Of a stretch of DNA of 20,000 nucleotides, positions 8,781 through 17,876 are shown one piece after another (position 1 is the stretch's first letter; each line of letters starts with the position of its first letter). The stretch comes from Folioceros fuciformis (Eukaryota). The DNA lies in NCBI GenBank assembly GCA_049999805.1, contig JBNGIO010006406.1:60581-80580 (forward strand), given 5' to 3'. The position numbers and the translations under genes are program-made. Under the pieces are notes generated by a model. That model worked only from the letters and a program-made list of their open reading frames with translations, was not told the DNA's origin and did not search any database.

Positions 8781-10590
8781 TCAATCTTTCGTCCTAATTA
8801 TTGTCAGAGTCCCTGTGCCCTGAGTACGAATGGTTCTCACGCTCACCACCGATTTCCCCGAGTGGCCTACTCCAGTTTCTGAAGGCTTTGCTCGACTGCC
8901 ATCCTCGTCAAAGGGTGAAATAGTTTGCACTCCGGTGCGCGCCTTCGGAGTAGAAATCCGTGTATTTATGTCGTCCAGGGTGACATTGCCGTCCACACCG
9001 GGAAGGGGTTTCACGATGTCGAATGGACAGAAGGGAACGGGTGTCACTAGTTTTGGTTTGCGTTGAGTTGACAGCTGGCTGCCTGCGCCTGTCATAAAGC
9101 AGTTGCTCAGGCAGCTCAAAATAACGTCCAGGATTGGTTGCTTGGTGGCATTGTGAACTCACCAGGGGTAGACGGCCTGCTGCGAAACGGTGTCTCAGTG
9201 TCTTGTGCTCGTATCTCTTGACGCTCTCCCAGCCTCTGCGAACCTGAATTTTCCACAACTCCACCTGACAAACGAGTTCACATTAACAGCTTGGCCTGGA
9301 AAGCATGGCTTCACTACCAGCTACCTTTGTGTACCTGGCGTCGCAAAGCTCCATCGCATGGGATTCCTGGGCTTGGAATCCAACAAAGAGTCGGATTGTC
9401 AGGGTGGCAGAACAAGAACAACTCAACGTCATGCTCAACGTACGTATTCCTGGGACTTGAATTAGAGTAAAGACACACTTCTCATGATTGTACGGGTCTT
9501 GGGGGACACAATCCAGACGCTCGACACTGTGGTCCACTTCACTTTGCTGAGAGCTTTGATCAGTCGAGACCGTTGTGTCGAGGAACTTATGGTCTGCATT
9601 CTTGTCTATGGCAAACTTGGGAAGGCCTTCCTGCAATGGGGGATGCTCATGTATCCACCCTTGCTCCTGGTGCAATAGTCCTCCTTCGGTCTCTGGGTTG
9701 TGCAGATCAGCTAACTCCAACCACGCATCCTCCTCCTTGGAATGGACATCGCCTGTGGTATTACCTGGTGAGAGCATTACTTCTGAGGTCATGGCAGCAC
9801 CTGGAGTTTGTGTCCGTTCTTGTGAACTTGCACCGACTTACCAGCCTTTGGATACCAGTATCTACTAGACGACATCCTGCTGTAGTAACCATAGCTCTGA
9901 GATGCTTCAGTGAACGACGACTCCTGAGATAACTTTGAGTGGTGGCCATGTTGCACTCACATTTTACAGTAAGTATACCCCCCGAACGTCCTCACCTTTC
10001 AGAAGCACGAGCAAGATGTTGAGCGCAAGGGCGGCTGAGGTTGTACTTACTTGAACTTGGTATTTCGGATGCTGAGAGTTGGTGCCGTAATCAGAAGCTC
10101 CCTCAGGATACTCCAACATCCGCCTCCTTTTCGGTCGAGGGCTACCAGCAGCATCCGGGGGCTCCACTGCACACCCCGCTATGTTCCCATCTGAGCAAAA
10201 TAAGAATTGCAGAGCATCAGCACCGTAGAACAGCAGCATGTCAAGAGCTTAGCGAAGGACAGTAATGAGGTAAGGTGGTTACGCTGGCTGCAATGCGAGT
10301 TGAATACTGGTGAGCTTCCCGGCACACGGGAGATGGGAGTCCCAGAGTTGGTTGATCTTCTATGGGCGTTCTGCACCATCTCAGCTATCTCGTCCCACAA
10401 CAAAGGCGTGACATCTGACAAAATTCGCTGTGAATTGATATTTGTCTGAGCACCAGTCTCCGCTAAACAAGCCCGTGCGGCATAGCAAGAACATGAAACA
10501 GAAGTTGATCGCCCTCCACGAACCTGGGGGCTTGTCATCGTCCGGCGGCCAGCTGATAATTACGTCAGCATCATTCTTCCTGTTCGCCAT
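8781..10590 (-). CDS. XRI1: XRI1-like (X-ray induced transcript 1) protein, multi-exon
   Basis: The last exon (9088-8781) encodes CPFDIVKPLPGVDGNVTLDDINTRI...SGKSVVSVRTIRTQGTGTLTIIRTKD*, matching my recollection of the conserved XRI1 C-terminus. The KRRRML motif is in exon 10190-10051. Other phase-consistent GT-AG exons: 10590-10524, 10462-?, 9923-9842, 9764-~9444 and 9264-9163. Some internal boundaries are uncertain. Confidence 0.8.
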
Positions 10591-11240
10591 GCGGGCTGCC
10601 GCTGCAGCCTACGCATGGACGACAAGGAAGAAGGCGGCAGCTCCAGCCTTCTAGAAACTAGATCACGGCGTCTTGCTCCTTTTGATGACTCCTTGCCCGC
10701 AGTCACAACCCTCCCTCTGGAACTCCCAATTGCGCTGCGCAGAATCACCAACGGCACAGGCCAAACATCTCGACAGCGGAAAGAATCGACCCCTTCCCGC
10801 AGCATTGCTGACTCCCACGAAGGAGTGTCCGGGCCAGGCCGAGGTCTGGCCCGGCCCGGCTAGGAAGCAGAGAGGAAGCAAACGGCCGGGCAGGACAGGA
10901 TTTCGGCGCCGCAATTCTGTCCTGCGATCGATCGGATTCCGTGGATTTCCGTTGGGGAATTCATGAACCCAATAAAAAGTGCATGAAATACCATTCTCCC
11001 ATGTTCATGGAACCATCACATGGCAAACGACCAGAACGCGGTGTGCATCACTTTTCGGTAAAACACAACAGAATCAGCAGAACATCGGGGTAAGGTAGAG
11101 GAGTGACTTCCAAAATCCAGCTTGGGTAGTTTTGCACATCGTGTTGCTGGATGTGAGCATGGACTGGAGTGGTGATGCCTTCGAGTGCATTTGGAGCATG
11201 CTGGGTCTTGTAGAAACGCGCAGGCCTCGTAGATCCTGAA
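10591..11240. promoter_or_regulatory. Divergent (head-to-head) promoter region between XRI1-like and PPR copy 2
   Basis: 650 bp between the XRI1 ATG (-) and the PPR2 ATG (+), GC-rich in the left half. Called from gene geometry only. Confidence 0.45.
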
Positions 11241-14186
11241 ATGGCTGTATCGTCTGAAACCGTGACCAGACTATGCCATCAAGGCCATCTGAATGAGGCT
11301 GTTGAGGCTTTGGGACATCTGGTGGAGACAGATTATGGTGTTTCCAGGTCTCTCTTTTACTCTGTTGTGAAGGAATGTGTGATGAAGAAGAATGTTGTTG
11401 TGGGTCGTCGTGTCCATGCCTTGACAGTGAGGAAAGGATATGGGGCCGACAAGTTCCTGTGCAACCACATCCTGCGGATGTATGCGTCGCATGGCAGGTT
11501 GCAAGAGGCGATGGATGTGTTCATCGTTGTTGCCGAACCAGATGCCTTCATGTGGTCTTCCATCATTTCAGCGCATGTGAAACACGGAGGAGACAAGGAG
11601 GCTATACAACTGTATCGTCTGATGCGGGGGTCGAGCGTGAAGCCGGATGGGCATGTCTTTGTGGCAGCGCTTCAGGCTTGTGCAAGGGTTGCAGACTTGA
11701 GAACTGGGCAGGACCTGCATGCTGACGTGCTGGCTAGTGGCGTTGAGCCTGACGTATTTGTAGGGAGTTGTTTGGTCCACATGTATGCAAAGTGCGGGAG
11801 CTTAGACGACGCTCAGAAAGTGTTTGATGGACTTGGTGAGAAGAATGTCGTGACATGGACCGCACTAATTTCTGGATATTCCCAGCAGGGCATGGGCCAG
11901 CAAGCGCTTAATCTTTATGGAGTAATGCAAGCCGAAGGGATAGATGTACCCAATGCAGTCACATTTGTTTGCCTCCTGCAGGCCTGCGCGAGTGTGGGCA
12001 CACCGGCTTTGGAGTTGGGAAGGCAGCTTCATGCAGAACTTGGTGGACGAGGACATCTTTCGGATGTGATTGTTGCCAACAGTTTGGTGAACATGTATGC
12101 AAAGTGCGGCAGCTTGAAAGATGCTCGGAGACTGTTTGACGGGCTTCATAAGAAAGACGTGGGTACGTGGAATGCCATAATGGCAGGATATTCCCAGCAG
12201 GGAAGGGGCCAGGAGACACTTAGTCTTTACAGAACTATGCAAGAAGAAGGGATGGTTGCTCCCGATCCTGTGACATTTGTGTGCCTTCTGCAGGCCTGTT
12301 CTAGTGTGGGCACCTCAGCTTTGGAGATAGGGAACGAGATCCATACACAGGTCAGAGAGCGAGGATACGAAGCTGATGTTTTTGTGACCAGCAGTTTGGT
12401 GAGCATGTATGCAAAATGTGGCAGCTTGGAAGTTGCGCAAAGACTCTTTGATGGACTGTATCAAAAAAATGTGGTTACCTGGAATGCATTGATGGCAGGA
12501 TACTCCCAGCAAGGCATGGGGAAGGAAGCGCTTCATCTCTACAGTGCTATGCGAGAAGAGGGCATAGCTGTGCCTGATTCTGTGACATTTGGGTGTCTCC
12601 TGCAAGCATGTGCAACGTGTGGCAAATTGGACGATGCTCGAACAGTGTTTGACGGACTTAGCAGAAAAGATGTGGTGGTCTGGAACGCCATGATAGCAGG
12701 ATATTCCCAGCAGGGCATGGCTCATGAGGCCCTTCTGATTTACAATGTCATGCAAGCAGAAGGCGAGGCTGTACCTGATTCCATGACATTCGTGTTCCTG
12801 CTGCGGGCCTGTGCAGGTATTGGCGCCCCAGCTCTGGAGAGGGGGAAGGATCTTCATGCTCAAATTAGACGATACGGGCATCAAGCTGATGTATTTGTTG
12901 CCAGTAGTTTGGTGAATATGTACGCAAAGTGTGGCAGCTCAAGAGATGCTCAGAGAGTGTTTGACAGACTTGCTAGAAAGGATGTGGTCACCTGGAATGC
13001 CATGATAGGAGGATACTCCCAGCAGGGTTTGGGGCAGGAAGCCCTTTGTCTTTACAATGCCATGGAAGAAGAAGGCGTGACTGCACCTGACTCTGTGACG
13101 TTTGTGTGCCTGCTGCAGGCATGCTCAAGTGTGGGCATAGCTGCTCTGGAGAAGGGGAGGCAGCTTCATGCGCAAATCAGGGAACGAGGACATGAAGCGG
13201 ATGCGTTTGTTGGCGCCAGTCTGGTTAACATGTATGCAAAGTGTGGCAGCCTGGAAGATGCTCAGCGAGTGTTTGGCAAACTGAGTCACAAAGACGTGGT
13301 GACTTGGACTGCCATGATAGCAGGATATTCTCAGCAGGGCATGGCGCAGGAAGCCCTTCGTCTCTACAGTGATATGCAAAAAGAGTGTTTTGCTGTACCA
13401 GACTCCATGACATTCGTTTGCCTCTTGCAGTCTTGTGCAAATGTGGCAGCATTGAACCTGGGTAGGCAGTTGCATGCACAGATTAAGGAACAAGGGCTTC
13501 AAGGTGAAGTGTATGTAGCCGCCAGTTTGATCAACATGTACGGCAAGTGTGGGAGCCTTCTTGACGCTCAAGAGGTTTTTGACGCCATGTCACACAGAGA
13601 TGTAGCCTCCTGGAGTGCACTGATTGCAGGCTACGCCTGTCAAGGAGACAGTGAATCAGTCTTCAACTTGGTGCAGAGAATGGAAGAGGATGGCATACAG
13701 CCAGACAGCATCACTTTCCTTAGTGTGTTAGCTGTTTGCAGTCATGCCAATCTAGTTGACAAAGGCAGAGAATATTTTCAAGCCATGAGCAAACTTTACA
13801 GAATCCCACCCACGTTGGAGCACTACACATGCATGCTAGATCTCCTGGGCCGTGCAGGCCGTCTCCATGAGGCACTAGAATTGGTAGCCACGATGCCTCT
13901 ATTGCCTAACGCAGCAGTTTGGCACACTCTGTTGGGTGCGTGCCAAAAGTGGAGAAATGTGGAGGCCGGAAGCCATGCCTTCGACCAAGCAGTGAAGCTA
14001 GATGAAACAGACGCCGCAGCATATGTGTTGATGTCGAACATCTACAGAGGTGTGCAAATGTGGGATCACGCCCAGGAAATGCAGGCAAGGAGAAAGCACT
14101 CCAGGGCGTGGAAGCAGCCTGGTCAGAGCTGGTGGACAGACATGAATGGGCTAGTTCATAGCTTTTTGGTTGGAGATGATACGTAA
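11241..14186 (+). CDS. PLS-class PPR protein with E1-E2 and truncated WW-type DYW/E+ tail, copy 2 (paralog of 5278-8595)
   Basis: Intronless 981-aa ORF, colinear with copy 1 from residue 85 onward, with one 37-aa internal deletion. Ends PGQSWWTDMNGLVHSFLVGDDT*. Confidence 0.95.
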   Translation: MAVSSETVTRLCHQGHLNEAVEALGHLVETDYGVSRSLFYSVVKECVMKKNVVVGRRVHALTVRKGYGADKFLCNHILRMYASHGRLQEAMDVFIVVAEPDAFMWSSIISAHVKHGGDKEAIQLYRLMRGSSVKPDGHVFVAALQACARVADLRTGQDLHADVLASGVEPDVFVGSCLVHMYAKCGSLDDAQKVFDGLGEKNVVTWTALISGYSQQGMGQQALNLYGVMQAEGIDVPNAVTFVCLLQACASVGTPALELGRQLHAELGGRGHLSDVIVANSLVNMYAKCGSLKDARRLFDGLHKKDVGTWNAIMAGYSQQGRGQETLSLYRTMQEEGMVAPDPVTFVCLLQACSSVGTSALEIGNEIHTQVRERGYEADVFVTSSLVSMYAKCGSLEVAQRLFDGLYQKNVVTWNALMAGYSQQGMGKEALHLYSAMREEGIAVPDSVTFGCLLQACATCGKLDDARTVFDGLSRKDVVVWNAMIAGYSQQGMAHEALLIYNVMQAEGEAVPDSMTFVFLLRACAGIGAPALERGKDLHAQIRRYGHQADVFVASSLVNMYAKCGSSRDAQRVFDRLARKDVVTWNAMIGGYSQQGLGQEALCLYNAMEEEGVTAPDSVTFVCLLQACSSVGIAALEKGRQLHAQIRERGHEADAFVGASLVNMYAKCGSLEDAQRVFGKLSHKDVVTWTAMIAGYSQQGMAQEALRLYSDMQKECFAVPDSMTFVCLLQSCANVAALNLGRQLHAQIKEQGLQGEVYVAASLINMYGKCGSLLDAQEVFDAMSHRDVASWSALIAGYACQGDSESVFNLVQRMEEDGIQPDSITFLSVLAVCSHANLVDKGREYFQAMSKLYRIPPTLEHYTCMLDLLGRAGRLHEALELVATMPLLPNAAVWHTLLGACQKWRNVEAGSHAFDQAVKLDETDAAAYVLMSNIYRGVQMWDHAQEMQARRKHSRAWKQPGQSWWTDMNGLVHSFLVGDDT

Positions 14187-14512
14187 ATCTTCCTGGGAAG
14201 TAATGAGAAAAACGACAAAAGGAGCCAAGCCGGCGTGCAATAGTCGGCCAGAAAGAGCACCTCTGAAACTCTTTGTCCTCCACTGCAGGCAAGTTTCTCT
14301 GCAACAAAATTTAAAATAGAACGCCTGTAAAAAAATAAACCCTCAACCTGGAGGATCATCAAATATTCTTACAAGAATTATAATTTCGATGATCGTCTCT
14401 AGTGAACGAATCATAGTCGACTATGGCATGAGCTAGAGGGAAATCGTTAAAATGACGAATTGTGATGATCGGCATGTCACTGGCGAGAGGAAAAATGCTG
14501 CTACTGGGGTCA

Positions 14513-16797
14513 TTACAAAACTCCTGCGGCAGCAGCTTCTCCGATCCGAACAATCATAGCTCCTAAAGCCCAGTCCAGCGAAACTTGTCCGACATGGTTA
14601 GTAAACTGGATACTGCACCAACAGCAAAGACGAATGAGCTCAGTCAGCAGGAGTGTAGACAGCGGATTTGTGTTCGGAAATTTGCATAAATTACGCAGCG
14701 CTGGTGGTAGAGTAGGTCACGAACCTTTCATCCTGAAAACCAATATCGAGACTATCGTGCAACAGTGCCACCATGTACGACGTGGAGAAGCAGTATTTCA
14801 GGAGGTCCTTAGCCGGGACCCCAGGGTGCTGTTCCTGGAGGACACTCCATTCTGTTCCACAGTAGTGCTCTCCAGCATTCCTGATCTCTGAGAGTGTCGC
14901 ATTTGCTGGCAAACCGAAGAACTGATCACAGGCAGACGAGAAAAGAAAACAATAAGCAACCGTATCAATCTTCTGATGGCAAAATGGTCCACACCTCAAG
15001 CTACAACTGCCAGTGTGCACGTGATAGCGGTAGCGTACTTGTGATGTGTAAAAGAAATTCTCAGTTCCAAAAAAATTCCCACGAAGCTTGGGGATAAAAT
15101 GGGAACTGATAGCGCATTTCTTGTACTGGCAGGTATCTGGCCAAGAATTTCCATGTCAGAACCCGACGATCTGCTTGCATCCATGGAACAGAAAAGTTGG
15201 GGAAAAAATGAATCCAAGACAAACCTTTGCCTTGCTGTAGGAGGTAAAGTGCTGCTTTACGGCACTGGGAAAAATCCCCGGATGACACGATGGTCGAATG
15301 AGCCAGCTGATCCGCGGGCAAAATTAAGGCCTCCTCTGCCGCTTGCTCTGGAGTTCGATGGTAACCCTTGGGAGTACAGGGGTCCCATACGCGCCCAGTT
15401 TCTGCAGCAGGCGAAGCTGCACATGAGTTCCCACAAGGTGTGTTAGCAACCAGATCGGCAACTTCAAAAACAAGGCTAAGACAGTCGTTCACTAAGTAGA
15501 AATGGACAAGTACAGGTGAGATTGCTTCATCCGGAGTCCTGAACGTACATGCTCTCACAGCACCAGTGTAGAGTAAGTGGAAGAGTTCCTTCCATGCTGC
15601 TTCCTGCAGAGACAACACGCACACAATCAACACAATACACTACTTTCAAGAAACAGCAGTAAGCCAGATCTGTAACAAAAAGACGTTTCACCTGCCCCAG
15701 CCGCAGAAAGCTGTGTATATACAGCGAATACGTTACACCTCCCAGCTCCACCTTCTCCAGGTACTCCTTAGGAGGCGGTGAATCTGGCACAAATGTCACC
15801 TGAGAAGAGATAAAACTTAGTTTCCGCCATGGTCATGGTGAAATTATGCAAAAGGATGCAAATTCCAAAAGCATTGTGCTACCTGAGCTGATGCTCCTCC
15901 CAACTCAACAATCCCAACAGTGTCACGGGGATCATTTCCAAGCTTATCCAGTGCATAGTTGGCAGCGACCCAGGCGAATTTGCCCTCATCAGTGCCTGAG
16001 TAAATAAAGAGAAAGTGTTAGAATGTCCGTTGCTTCGACAAACTCTGGCTCCCTGGCAGAGCTTCTGATCGTTCAGTCCGTCAGCCCCTCTTTCGTCCAA
16101 GCAGGGAAGGGAAGGAGAGGGGGGGTGGACCTGAAATGACGGATGCCCAGTGATCTTCAAAGAAAAATGCTGAGCCTCTCAGGATTGCCCTACAAGAGTC
16201 TAGTATCCTTTCTCTGATAGGCTCCTCCACTAAGCGCAGCCCAGCTGTGGCCATCAAGTACAACCTGGTCCGTTGCCACTCCTTGGCAGTGATCTTGTCC
16301 TTAGCGAAATCCACGAGTTCCATCAGCGACGGGCCAGCACCCTCCGGCTCCGCCACAAACGAGGACAATCCTGGAGTCACCTTCTTGGAAACATCCGATT
16401 CAATGCGAGGGATTTTCCCATCGAACACGTACTTGAACACATGCAACCTGGATCCGCTGCTACCTGCATCAATCACTATCCCGAACCCCGGAGTGCCTGC
16501 GTTTTGAATCCCAGCAGGCCCCCTTGACACGGAAAAGGCATACAGAGTGACTGAGCAAAATGCGAGGACTGCAACCAGAGTACAAATGTTCCGTTCGCAA
16601 GCTCCGCGCCAGATGCCACCCGACAGATGCCCCGAATAGTGGACACGAGGAGGCAGCTGCGTCTTGTGAGGAGCCGGGAACGCGGAGATGCTTTTGGACA
16701 GAAGCTTTGAGACAGAATCCATTTTGTGAGGGGGAGTACCGGGATCTTCCGAGGCGGCCAAAAATAAGTTGGAACTGGCACTTGCAGAGCGTCGCAT
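14513..16797 (-). CDS. APY6: Apyrase / NTPDase (GDA1/CD39 family), APY6-like, about 8 exons
   Basis: All five apyrase conserved regions are present: VIDAGSSGSRLHVF, LMATAGLR, ISGTDEGKFAW, ELGGASAQ and LDWALGA, plus an N-terminal hydrophobic anchor. Exons: 16797-16131, 15995-15883, 15799-15692, 15603-~15550, ~15415-15225, 15136-15039, 14921-14725 and 14612-14513. The MRRS start at 16797 is preferred by resemblance to AtAPY6; in-frame ATGs also exist up to 16851. Confidence 0.93.
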
Positions 16798-16851
16798 GAA
16801 GCTGCCTATGACCGCTGGCTCATAGCTGCTCATGCTTCCTTCCTGCCTCAT

Positions 16852-17217
16852 CTACCATGCCCTCTCCTTTCTTGTGCATTGGACTGCCAGGTAGGTCACG
16901 TCCTCGGGATATGTTCCATTCCTGCGGTACTGAGTGGCTCCGGTCAGGATGAATCCAAGTAAAAGACCGGCCCTTTGCCGAAAGAACTTCCGCAGAGGCT
17001 TCAGCGGATCAAAGGGTGCACCATCTCTTGGCTCCCTCGGAACAAGATCTGCGACTGCTCTGGTGCCAACGGCAAGCGCCAGCCGGCAGCGATCGCAGAC
17101 GCGATTCCGGAGTTGCGAGGCTTCGACGCAATGCGCGGCAGTAAGCAGCAAGGACTGTCCAACGTAGTAGAGAGATCCAAGCCGTGGTATCAGCAGCCGG
17201 CCTAAAGCTCCCGTCAT
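16852..17217 (-). other. Unassigned ORF (121 aa from ATG 17217) upstream of and in frame with the apyrase ORF; contains trypsin-like LLTAAHC motif
   Basis: The stop TAG (16854-16852) directly abuts ATG 16851. Translation includes GALGRLLIPRLGSLYYVGQSLLLTAAHCV. No catalytic Ser motif. Coding status is unproven. Confidence 0.3.
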
Positions 17218-17797
17218 ATTCCCGCCGAATGATCTCGCCACGCCAAAAACGGGGTCTGGGCGACAGCTTTTAATCCATCCGAGAAAAATAAAGGTCTTTC
17301 ATACCCGGTTCGGCGAGTGCTAGACCTGGTGCTTCAGTCTCGCATAACCGCGTGGCGCGGACAGGGAGAGGAAGCTCTAGAGCTGGTGCCTCAGCGAAGC
17401 TGCGCTTGTCGGCCCATGGTGAACACATGGGGGGAAGCTTCAAGTTCGGGTCCCGTCCAAGGCCAACGCGGGGAACGTGCCTGTGGACTGTGCTGCGGCC
17501 TTTCTGAAAAAGAAACATCGAATAGTTCGTCATATTAACATAACATTGTACAGACTGGTATCTACGGGTACTCGAGGGGTGTTATGTGTAAGAAAATTAC
17601 AGAGTGTTTTCTCCTCAACGATGTGTTCTCAATCACATACTGTCTACCTAATTCCCTGTCCCGGGTGTGCACAGCGTTGTAGTGTGCTTCAGAAGTGGTG
17701 CTCAAGCTCGTTCGGAGGACCATTGCGGAAGGTATTGTTTGGGCTTCTGGCTGGCCGATTCTGAGTAACTTTGGGAGACGGACATCGGACTTCGGCT

Positions 17798-17812
17798 AAA
17801 CCCTAAACCCTA
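17798..17812 (+). promoter_or_regulatory. Tandem telo-box / interstitial telomere repeat AAACCCTAAACCCTA
   Basis: Two overlapping AAACCCTA motifs, 65 bp beyond the BCD1 stop and ~1 kb upstream of the apyrase start. Function is not demonstrated. Confidence 0.5.
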
Positions 17813-17876
17813 TGTCTTGGATGAGCAAAAGGAGACATGGTTGCCCGGAAGTTATGAGCCAGACATGGTGCAGGGG

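Noticed and set aside
10560-10966. Overlapping Arg/Pro/Gly-rich ORFs upstream of XRI1
   Set aside because: Expected by chance in GC-rich promoter/5' UTR sequence, and no motif was recognised.
8515-14186. Possibility that the PPRs are U-to-C (reverse) editing enzymes
   Set aside because: U-to-C activity is associated with KP-type (KPAxA..., GRP/DRH) DYW domains. These proteins have a PGxSWW box and no catalytic domain at all.
5329-14307. Many antisense and alternate-frame ORFs over the PPR genes (e.g. 7291-7779, 12315-12884), some similar to each other
   Set aside because: These are shadows of the 312-bp coding repeat. Their mutual similarity is explained by the sense-strand PPR triplets.
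16445-16475. DAGSSGS as the missing catalytic Ser motif for the upstream trypsin-like ORF via readthrough
   Set aside because: It is the canonical apyrase conserved region 1 and is fully explained by the apyrase. It also lies beyond a transmembrane segment.
17256-17304. Phase-compatible GT-AG intron joining ORF 17270-17533 to ORF 16852-17241 on the - strand
   Set aside because: It would be only 49 nt, shorter than the other introns modelled here (61 nt or more). Not supportable without transcripts.
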